Source: Lytechinus pictus (lineage: Eukaryota). From it: a DNA stretch of 64,000 bases. The stretch is from assembly GCF_037042905.1 (NCBI RefSeq), contig NC_087245.1:29948001-30012000 (forward strand). Direction: 5' to 3'. Numbering within the stretch: position 1 is the first letter of the stretch; every line of letters starts with the position of its first letter. Under the pieces are notes generated by a model. That model had not been told where the DNA came from. It saw only the letters and a program-made list of their open reading frames with translations, and did no database searches. The position numbers were made by a program, and so were the translations under genes. Positions 24,901 through 36,900 of this stretch are shown here, piece after piece.

Positions 24901-27900
24901 GCCATTTTAGACGCCATCTTGGATTTTTAAGGTATAGAATCTACCGGTCTGCTTATGTTCACTCTTAACCTGTATCAATAGCTCTTTTCATCCCTTTAAA
25001 CCATGAAATATGCACCAAAATTTGATGTCTAGGGTGGATAAGGAGTGAGTTATGGCCATTTTTGTCTCACCTGCATAGCAGAGTGAGACTATAGGCGCCG
25101 CTTTTCCGACGGCGACGGCGGCGGCGGCGTCAACACCAAATCTTAACCTGAGGTTAAGTTTTTGAAATGACAGCATAACTAAAAAAGTATATGGACCTAG
25201 TTCATGAAACTTGGCCATAAGGTTAATCAAGTATTACTGAACATCCTGCCTGAGTTTCATATCACATGACCAAGGTCAAAGGTCATTTAGGGTCAATGAA
25301 CTTAGACCATGTTGGGGGAATCAACATCAAAATCTTAACCTAAGGTTAAGTTTTTGAAATGTCATCATAACTTAGAAAATATATGGACCTAGTTCATGAA
25401 ACTTATACATAAGGTTAATCAAGTATCACTGAACATCCTGCATGAGTTTCACATCACATGACCAAGGTCAAAGGTCATTTAGGGTCAATGAACTTTGGCC
25501 AAATTGGGGGTATCTGTTGAATTACCATCATAACTTTGAAAGTTTATGGATCTGATTCATGAAACTTGGACATAATAGTAATCAAGTATTACTGAACATC
25601 CTGTGCAAGTTTCAGGTCACATGATCAAGGTCAAAGGTCATTTAGGGTCAATGAACTTTGGCCAAATTGGGGTATTTGTTGAATTACAGCCATAAATTTG
25701 AAAATGTGTTGGTCTAGTTCATAAAACTTGGACATAATAGTAATCAAGTATCACTGAACATCCTGTGCGAGTTTCAGATCACATGATCAAGGTCAAAGGT
25801 CATGTAAGGTCAAAGAACTTTGGCCACGTTGGGGGTATTTGTTGAATTGCCGTCATATCTCTATAAGTGTATTGGTCTAGTTCATAAAACGTGGAAATAA
25901 GAGTAACCAAGTATCACTGAACATCTTGTGCGAGTTATAGTAGTTTTCAAAATCAGCACTGCTGCTATATTGAATCGCGTGATGCAGGTGAGACGGCCAG
26001 AGGCATTCCACTTGTCTGTGAATGGCGGCCATTTTGGATGCCACCTTGGATTACGGAAAACCCTCAAGGAGAATATCTGACAACTTTTAGTATGTTATTC
26101 TAGACATATTTCTGGACCTATCCTAAAAAAATCAGCTTGTTACCTGAAATTTCCTTTCTTAAGCCTATTTTAGCCTAATGCTCTTGGCCTAAACTGAGAA
26201 AGATGGGTGTCGAAAATGAAGAAAGGTTTATTATCTAAAGTTGTTATTCTGTTTTGTCACTGTCTCATACTGAAATGTTTTTATTTGTCATGATAGGCAT
26301 GTATGGTTGAGAATGAGAATGAAGAAGACCCTTCACAGGAAACCATCACGTTCCTCTACAAGTTTGTGGGAGGGGCTTGTCCAAAAAGCTACGGTTTCAA
26401 TGCCGCCCGATTGGCTGACATACCAGATGAGGTAGGAGCTTGAAATATATATTGAATATATCTTTGTACTAGAACTCAAACAAAATCGCAGCCTATCATT
26501 ATTTTTTTTCAGAGAGAGAGAGAGAGAGAGAAAAGACAATTCTACTAGTTAGAAGATCTTTAATGTTATTTTTTATTATTTTTTTTACAGTTCCTGATGT
26601 GTTATAGATATTGGCCCGAATTCACAAAGGTGGACTAAAGTTATACCCGGGGTATAAAACGCGTCATTTGACGTCATTTTAATCCATGGACTAAAGTTAG
26701 CACCTAGGGGCTAACTTTTGCGATTCACAAAGGTCGACTAAAGTTATACCGGGGTATAAAACGCGTCATTTGACGTCACGACTTAGTCAGCTCTTTGGGG
26801 TGGACTAAATCGGTGGGTTAAAGTTAGTCCACTGTTTTAACCAATCAGAGAGCAGCATTTCGATTGCGGAAAAGTTTGCTGCAAGAAATTTTTTTTTGGA
26901 CAGAGACGAGATTCGGTGTGATCGGCTTATCTAAAGCTTCATATTTCACGACTTCGACCGAGATTGTAAGTAAATTACATAATTTTTGGAGCTTAAATCA
27001 TGACGGAGCCTTCAGTTCCATCTGTAACTATTATTGATAGCTTTAACTTTCCAAAAGGTATACTCGAAAACTTGAAATGGTATCTGAATCATTGTTATCG
27101 TCGCGTCTCTAAGCTGCTCAGTCCCAGCCATGTACTTTTGTGTGCGTTCATATCTATGAGCATTGCAGTGCGAGACGCAATTAGCGTACACTACACAGGC
27201 CAGGTAGTCGTGATTGAAAGGTCGATACTATTTGCTAGTTATGTCAGGCAGTGATTTTCGATTTCGTGTGATTTTCATGGAATTTTTGTTGTCTACGATA
27301 CCCCTGCCACTCCTCCTGGCCTGCCACTCCTCCTGGCCCTGCCAACACAGCTACTGTGCATCTAATTTTGTCTGAGACTGAAGCAAGGCCAAGGCAAGTC
27401 CAGGCATGCCAGGAGAGCAGCAATACAAATAAGTTTTTTTTAAACACTACAATACAGAGCCGGTCTAACTTAGACATTCTACTCTGGGCTGGCTTTTTCT
27501 TGGCTTGGATAGATGGTCAAGCTTTGAAGCTTACCTGGTAGCCATGTTAGAGTTAGTCCTACAACATCGTTGGAGTAAAAAAAAATATTTTAATAAGGGT
27601 CAACTCTAAATTAAGGCTAAGCCCTGATTAAATTATTTTTTGAAAAAATATTTAATAAAGATTGGGTTCCACTCACCGCTGTTTACTCCAACAGCTATAA
27701 ATGAGCTGATTTTACTTATACTAAAACTAAGTTTTACTGACCTTCGGCATTGCATTTGCGATCACTTATAGATTTACGGTGTCGTCAAAACATTAAAAAA
27801 TAATGGAAATCCTAGGCCTAATTGATTATTTGAGTAGATCTAACTGAGGTCTAACTTTGAAAATTCTCTCTTTTGGGGGTTATTATAAACTCTACCCCAC

Positions 27901-30900
27901 CCTCTTTGTTTCAAGTATTTTTTTTTCACAAGGAGTCCCAATGTTATATTCACATGATACCACAGACAAGTGCATTTGATCTTCAGTCCTCTACATTTGT
28001 AGTAGACCGATAAATAGGTTTATTTCTGTCAGGGATATGCTCCCCTGAGATTTCATGTGGCTCCGCAGCATCCCGTCCCACCAAAAAAAAATCAGAAATT
28101 GTTGAACGACTCCTCTGAAACAGCGGATTTTATCAATCTACATTTGTAGCTGCTTTATTATTTTTTTCTTTGATATACCTTGACATTGCAGTATGATTGA
28201 TGAATAAATATTTTTTTCATTATTTTTTTTCTTCCATATCAGCAACAGACCATACATACTCGGCAGATTGTGCTCAATCAAGACAAAGCAAACATGGCTC
28301 ACAATTTTGAACTGCTGTGCCGTCTTGCAAGAGAGTGAGGTATGCCTTATCAATTCATATTTAAAAAAAATTAAATGTCATTAAAATGGCCTTTTTTAAT
28401 AAAATATTATTTCTGGGATTTGAATTCATCATGTAATTGTAATTTGTAAATGTATCATGTGACATGTATGTTACTTTTTCATTCTTGTCATAGTAATTGA
28501 CAAAAAAGAAGAGGGGGGGGGGACCTTGCTTGTGTGTTATTAACATATATATTTGTCTACTGGTCACTAGGCTTGTTGATCTCCAATTAATCCTGACATT
28601 TTGTTGAATATTTATTTAAAAGAGAGAAAGAAAGCATTGTCAGTTTGATGAATGCCGGGGGGGGGGGGGTAGAAAAAAAGGTTTAATGAGACTTTGATGA
28701 AGATTCATGAAAATATGTTATTCGAAAGTCACTCGCAAGCAATAACCTCTATTTGTGTAAACAAAGTTCCATAAAATTAGTGCCTTGCCTTCATTATTAA
28801 AGCCAATTGAAAGTGATTCAGTAAATCAGTTTTCATAGAAGCATCTCTATGACGTGCGTGGTTTGATCAATGATGATGATCAGCAGCAATTGGCAGGTTT
28901 TTTTTCTTCACTTTTACAAGTAGGTAAATAGAAAAGCTACTCATGTCAATTAGAATTTTTATCCTATCTTTTTTAAAGGATTTCTGTATAATCTTTCACA
29001 TTTTGTTCCTCATTTTAAACACTTTTGAATTAAATGAAATTCAAAGAGTAAATTGCCCATTCATGGTGACTCTTAAACACAATCTTTTAACTTCCATGCA
29101 GATTCAGCAACACATAGAAAGACCACAGCATGGATTAAGAGACAGGAAGAATCCATTTGAATACTATGAGGATGAACCTCTCAGAGTGGGGTACCAACAG
29201 AGAGAACCACACATTGCCTGTCATGTTACAGGTTTTGACAGGACTTTGTTTTATGTCATTGGTGAGTTTTCATGTGCGAACTATAAAGCAGAGGGTAATT
29301 GGGGGGGGGGGTCAAATTATGTTCTATGAAAGTGATTTTCCAGGCCAAAAATGATGAGATTTTGATAAAGAACGATTCGACTAGCAAAAACCATCAATAT
29401 TGGATGGAGAATCATGAATTGATTCAGTTTTAAAGTTTTACATAACTTGGGGGAAACAGTTCTGTGTATCTCATATGCAATATTCATATCCCCACTTGTT
29501 CTCTAGTGATCTGAAATCATAATCATTATTTTTTTTCCTCCAGGAATGTAAAAATGGGGTTGACTGCTGATTATATATTTAAGATAGTTATTGCGAGTTC
29601 AGAATAATGTAAGGATCAAGGATTGGAAGTATCTAGTCATGAAAATTAAGTTTTATGTGTTGCTTAGCATGCAGATTTTCCATTGAGTAATTGTCGCCAG
29701 AGCAAATATCATGGAACCCTTGTACATTCATGTGTGGAAAATGTGTGGATGTGACATCATCAGGCTATTTCTTGCATATTCATGAAAACATGCACATGTT
29801 TCACAGAAATAATTAATGCAAAACCTAATATTCATTATTAATCATCCAAATTGTATGATTTTTGTTTCTGCTTTCAGCCAGGAGTACTAGTAATCCCTTA
29901 CAGGGGAGGGGGAGTGTTGGGGGTATTTCACAGAAAGGTTTTTGTAGGAATGAAACATGTAACCCTTTGGGTTGGAAATAGGTGGGGATTTTATTTTTCT
30001 CTCATTTTTTACAATGTAGCAACATTTTTTAATACAAATATGTCATATTCAAGTGGGAAATTATCATGAAGGATGATTTATAACCACCCAAAAAGAAATA
30101 TTGGTATGTCATTTCAGCTTAACAGAGATATTCTCCATTTTGCATGGATTGTTATTGCAGTAGAGTTTTTTTTTAATGAATCGAAGAAAAATCTCTTTAA
30201 GCAGTTCCAGTGCATCATAAAAATCAGGTCATAACAGAAGCACAATGTTTGCAAACGTAAATGGTAAAGTATCAATTGGCTTTCATATCAATAAACCAAT
30301 TACTAGTACATAACATCACTTATCATTCGATAATTAAAGGTACCTTTTAGAAGATGCAAGCAGACGAAGCAACTATATCACAGTCATCCGTGTGCAGAAT
30401 CATCAAAGATTTTTCTGAGGCAATAGCAAGGAGTAACAGTCAATGCAGATTCCGATGACGAGAAATTCAAACCACCCAGCGACAATTTGATGATTGCTAC
30501 AGGTTTCCAAGAGTCATAGGTGCTATCGATTGGGGCCAATCCAGGCCATGTCTGCATCAGGAGTCCTGATGGGGAACAAGCCCTGTACTTAGCAGGAAGA
30601 ACAGGTCTTCTGTAAATGTATAGGTTTGTATACTCACTCAGTTTTTAATGTGATATTCTCTGTATTCAACACCTACTAGAGGTATGTGATAATGAAGAAA
30701 AATATATTGGCCCCTACTACATACTGTCTTTTATCAAGTTTCAATCTTGTTGTTAGTCGTGATTGAAAGGTCGATACTATTTGCTAGTTATGTCAGGCAG
30801 TGATTTTCGATTTCGTGTGATTTTCATGGAATTTTTGTTGTCTACGATACCCCTGCCACTCCTCCTGGCCTGCCACTCCTCCTGGCCCTGCCAACACAGC

Positions 30901-33900
30901 TACTGTGCATCTAATTTTGTCTGAGACTGAAGCAAGGCCAAGGCAAGTCCAGGCATGCCAGGAGAGCAGCAATACAAATAAGTTTTTTTTAAACACTACA
31001 ATACAGAGCCGGTCTAACTTAGACATTCTACTCTGGGCTGGCTTTTTCTTGGCTTGGATAGATGGTCAAGCTTTGAAGCTTACCTGGTAGCCATGTTAGA
31101 GTTAGTCCTACAACATCGTTGGAGTAAAAAAAAATATTTTAATAAGGGTCAACTCTAAATTAAGGCTAAGCCCTGATTAAATTATTTTTTGAAAAAATAT
31201 TTAATAAAGATTGGGTTCCACTCACCGCTGTTTACTCCAACAGCTATAAATGAGCTGATTTTACTTATACTAAAACTAAGTTTTACTGACCTTCGGCATT
31301 GCATTTGCGATCACTTATAGATTTACGGTGTCGTCAAAACATTAAAAAATAATGGAAATCCTAGGCCTAATTGATTATTTGAGTAGATCTAACTGAGGTC
31401 TAACTTTGAAAATTCTCTCTTTTGGGGGTTATTATAAACTCTACCCCACCCTCTTTGTTTCAAGTATTTTTTTTTCACAAGGAGTCCCAATGTTATATTC
31501 ACATGATACCACAGACAAGTGCATTTGATCTTCAGTCCTCTACATTTGTAGTAGACCGATAAATAGGTTTATTTCTGTCAGGGATATGCTCCCCTGAGAT
31601 TTCATGTGGCTCCGCAGCATCCCGTCCCACCAAAAAAAAATCAGAAACTGTTGAACGACTCCTCTGAAACAGCGGATTTTATCAATCTACATTTGTAGCT
31701 GCTTTATTATTTTTTTCTTTGATATACCTTGACATTGCAGTATGATTGATGAATAAATATTTTTTTCATTATTTTTTTTCTTCCATATCAGCAACAGACC
31801 ATACATACTCGGCAGATTGTGCTCAATCAAGACAAAGCAAACATGGCTCACAATTTTGAACTGCTGTGCCGTCTTGCAAGAGAGTGAGGTATGCCTTATC
31901 AATTCATATTTAAAAAAAATTAAATGTCATTAAAATGGCCTTTTTTAATAAAATATTATTTCTGGGATTTGAATTCATCATGTAATTGTAATTTGTAAAT
32001 GTATCATGTGACATGTATGTTACTTTTTCATTCTTGTCATAGTAATTGACAAAAAAGAAGAGGGGGGGGGGACCTTGCTTGTGTGTTATTAACATATATA
32101 TTTGTCTACTGGTCACTAGGCTTGTTGATCTCCAATTAATCCTGACATTTTGTTGAATATTTATTTAAAAGAGAGAAAGAAAGCATTGTCAGTTTGATGA
32201 ATGCCGGGGGGGGGGGGGTAGAAAAAAAGGTTTAATGAGACTTTGATGAAGATTCATGAAAATATGTTATTCGAAAGTCACTCGCAAGCAATAACCTCTA
32301 TTTGTGTAAACAAAGTTCCATAAAATTAGTGCCTTGCCTTCATTATTAAAGCCAATTGAAAGTGATTCAGTAAATCAGTTTTCATAGAAGCATCTCTATG
32401 ACGTGCGTGGTTTGATCAATGATGATGATCAGCAGCAATTGGCAGGTTTTTTTTCTTCACTTTTACAAGTAGGTAAATAGAAAAGCTACTCATGTCAATT
32501 AGAATTTTTATCCTATCTTTTTTAAAGGATTTCTGTATAATCTTTCACATTTTGTTCCTCATTTTAAACACTTTTGAATTAAATGAAATTCAAAGAGTAA
32601 ATTGCCCATTCATGGTGACTCTTAAACACAATCTTTTAACTTCCATGCAGATTCAGCAACACATAGAAAGACCACAGCATGGATTAAGAGACAGGAAGAA
32701 TCCATTTGAATACTATGAGGATGAACCTCTCAGAGTGGGGTACCAACAGAGAGAACCACACATTGCCTGTCATGTTACAGGTTTTGACAGGACTTTGTTT
32801 TATGTCATTGGTGAGTTTTCATGTGCGAACTATAAAGCAGAGGGTAATTGGGGGGGGGGGTCAAATTATGTTCTATGAAAGTGATTTTCCAGGCCAAAAA
32901 TGATGAGATTTTGATAAAGAACGATTCGACTAGCAAAAACCATCAATATTGGATGGAGAATCATGAATTGATTCAGTTTTAAAGTTTTACATAACTTGGG
33001 GGAAACAGTTCTGTGTATCTCATATGCAATATTCATATCCCCACTTGTTCTCTAGTGATCTGAAATCATAATCATTATTTTTTTTCCTCCAGGAATGTAA
33101 AAATGGGGTTGACTGCTGATTATATATTTAAGATAGTTATTGCGAGTTCAGAATAATGTAAGGATCAAGGATTGGAAGTATCTAGTCATGAAAATTAAGT
33201 TTTATGTTTTGCTTAGCATGCAGATTTTCCATTGAGTAATTGTCGCCAGAGCAAATATCATGGAACCCTTGTACATTCATGTGTGGAAAATGTGTGGATG
33301 TGACATCATCAGGCTATTTCTTGCATATTCATGAAAACATGCACATGTTTCACAGAAATAATTAATGCAAAACCTAATATTCATTATTAATCATCCAAAT
33401 TGTATGATTTTTGTTTCTGCTTTCAGCCAGGAGTACTAGTAATCCCTTACAGGGGAGGGGGAGTGTTGGGGGTATTTCACAGAAAGGTTTTTGTAGGAAT
33501 GAAACATGTAACCCTTTGGGTTGGAAATAGGTGGGGATTTTATTTTTCTCTCATTTTTTACAATGTAGCAACATTTTTTAATACAAATATGTCATATTCA
33601 AGTGGGAAATTATCATGAAGGATGATTTATAACCACCCAAAAAGAAATATTGGTATGTCATTTCAGCTTAACAGAGATATTCTCCATTTTGCATGGATTG
33701 TTATTGCAGTAGAGTTTTTTTTTAATGAATCGAAGAAAAATCTCTTTAAGCAGTTCCAGTGCATCATAAAAATCAGGTCATAACAGAAGCACAATGTTTG
33801 CAAACGTAAATGGTAAAGTATCAATTGGCTTTCATATCAATAAACCAATTACTAGTACATAACATCACTTATCATTCGATAATTAAAGGTACCTTTTAGA

Positions 33901-36900
33901 AGATGCAAGCAGACGAAGCAACTATATCACAGTCATCCGTGTGCAGAATCATCAAAGATTTTTCTGAGGCAATAGCAAGGAGTAACAGTCAATGCAGATT
34001 CCGATGACGAGAAATTCAAACCACCCAGCGACAATTTGATGATTGCTACAGGTTTCCAAGAGTCATAGGTGCTATCGATTGGGGCCAATCCAGGCCATGT
34101 CTGCATCAGGAGTCCTGATGGGGAACAAGCCCTGTACTTAGCAGGAAGAACAGGTCTTCTGTAAATGTATAGGTTTGTATACTCACTCAGTTTTTGTCTC
34201 ACCTGCATAGCAGAGTGAGACTATAGGCGCCGCTTTTCCGACGGCGACGGCGGCGGCGACGGCGGCGGCGACGGCGGCGGCGGCGGCGACGGCGGCGTCA
34301 ACACCAAATCTTAACCTGAGGTTAAGTTTTTGAAATGACAGCATAACTTAGAAAGTATATGGACCTAGTTCATGAAACTTGGCCATAAGGTTAATCAAGT
34401 ATTACTGAACATCCTGCCTGAGTTTCATGTCACATGACCAAGGTCAAAGGTCATTTAGGGTCAATGAACTTAGACCATGTTGGGGGAATCAACATCAAAA
34501 TCTTAACCTAAGGTTAAGTTTTTGAAATGTCATCATAACTTAGAAAATATATGGACCTAGTTCATGAAACTTATACATAAGGTTAATCAAGTATCACTGA
34601 ATATCCTGCATGAGTTTCACATCACATGACCAAGGTCAAAGGTCATTTAGGGTCAATGAACTTTGGCCGAATTGGGGGTATCTGTTGAATTACCATCATA
34701 ACTTTGAATGTTTATGGATCTGATTCATGAAACTTGGACATAATAGTAATCAAGTATTACTGAACATCCTGTGCAAGTTTCAGGTCACATGATCAAGGTC
34801 AAAGGTCATTTAGGGTCAATGAACTTTGGCCAAATTGAGGTATTTGTTGAATTACAGCCATAAATTTGAAAGTGTGTTGGTCTAGTTCATAAAACTTGGA
34901 CATAATAGTAATCAAGTATCACTGAACATCCTGTGCGAGTTTCAGGTCACATGATCAAGTTCAAAGGTCATGTAAGGTCAAAGAACTTTGGCCACGTTGG
35001 GGGTATTTGTTGAATTGCCATCATATCTCTATAAGTGTATTGGTCTAGTTCATAAAACGTGGAAATAAGAGTAACCAAGTATCACTGAACATCTTGTGCG
35101 AGTTATAGTAGTTTTCAAAATCAGCACTGCTGCTATATTGAATCGCGTGATGCAGGTGAGACGGCCAGAGGCATTCCACTTGTTAATGTGATATTCTCTG
35201 TATTCAACACCTACTAGAGGTATGTGATAATGAAGAAAAATATATTGGCCCCTACTACATACTGTCTTTTATCAAGTTTCAATCTTGTTGTTGGTCAAAT
35301 TTTCTTGTAATTTTATACTCTTAATATGTGAAATAAGACAATTTTAAAGATTTCACTGAAGAAAAAAATATAGATAATCTGCTAACTTTCCTATTGCAGG
35401 AGAAATGAAAAATAGAAGAAAAAAAATGCATTTTGCTTATTCAGGTAAAGGAGGTATTAATTGCTTGATCAATGAAGATATATTTGCAGAAAGAATACCG
35501 AAGAGCAAATTTTCTAATATTCATTTTGTTTTTATCCTTATTGCAGGTATCCGTTGCTCCCCTCTTTGATGAATTCCTGCCTGCATTCTGTTGTCAATAG
35601 AAAAGGACGGTGTGCTACGGGTATAAGCATTCCATTGGATTATCTGTGCATGAAAGTGGACACTTGTGATAAAAAATGGTAGCTTGGTTGTAGTGGCGTA
35701 CCTAGGATTTTCCACAGGGAGGGCAAAACCGTTCGGCCGAAAAATTTTACAAGTTAAAAAAAAAAGGTCTTCAATCACAAATAAAGGATTTCGTACCAGA
35801 AAAAAAATTGACAAGCAAAAAAAAAAGGTGTTCAAGCTCGTCAGGGGGGCAGGTATACGTCCTTTGCATGGGTTGTGGCTCGTCAGGGGGGGGGGGCAGA
35901 GTGCCCCCCCCCCCCGTAGGTACGCTAGTGCTTGGTTGATAGGATGTATTCATGCATTCCAATTTATCATTAGTGATCAAATGACCATCTTGCTTTTTAA
36001 AAACCTAAGTTCACAACATTTTTCTTGTTTGATAAAAGGTTTGGGACGTGAATTCCAGGATATAAATGACACATATGATGGGCTAATGTATAAGCAGGGA
36101 CATGAGAGTTATAAGCAACATTTTTTTCATGCTTAATTAAGTTTGGCATGAGATGGACTTGGTCTTTCTTATGATTCAAGTCTATTTTATACCAATTTTG
36201 TTTTAATCAACAATCAATGTTTTAAGTCTCATGATTTCAATTTCAAAACCTCTTTGTTAATTAAATATTCATTTTTCCTTAGCATTTGCATCTTCTTAAT
36301 TTATCAAATTTAAATTATAAGACATCATTATTGCTGAATATCCTTTTTTTCACCTATTTTCATAGGCCCTAAGATACATTTCTGTAGTAAGCACTATAAA
36401 TACATTGCAAGCTATTATCATTTGTTTGATATTACTATTTTATAGAATCATCTTTTAATTTCTTTCAGAAAGATATTTGACAAATTACTTGTGATATCCA
36501 TGCTTTAGCTGTAGAGTTTAAAATCTTCATTAAACTTTATTTAATCCGTTGTTTATCTATTTTCATTCAGAGTTTCTGAAAACGTAAACATATCATTTAT
36601 ATCATTATGTAAAGAATTTCAATCTACCTTAAAAAGTAATGCACTAAATAAACTGCTCTGTCTACTACACATGTACATATAAGTTTTGATTTTAAAGGTC
36701 AAGTCCTCCCCAGAAAAAAAAATCGATTTGAATTAATAGAAAAAAAAATCAACCGAGCATAATGCTGAGAATTTCATCAAAATCCGCGTCGGTTGTAAAA
36801 TAGGAACGTTATGAAATTTTCAAGTTTGGCTTATTTTTCACAACACAGTTATATGCACAGATCAGTGACATGCAAATGAGACAGTCAATGATGTCCACAT

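Larger units (their letters stand above)
27205..35292 (+). repeat. 3549-bp near-identical tandem duplication (copy 1 27205-30753; copy 2 30754-35292 including a 987-bp HINE insertion)
   Basis: Identical ORF translations offset by exactly 3549; sequence alignment by eye. Confidence 0.95.

Noticed and set aside
28943..29354. Possible domesticated HARBI1 host gene nested in the intron
   Set aside because: Frameshifts, stops and deletions, and it lies inside TIR/TSD-bounded transposon sequence.
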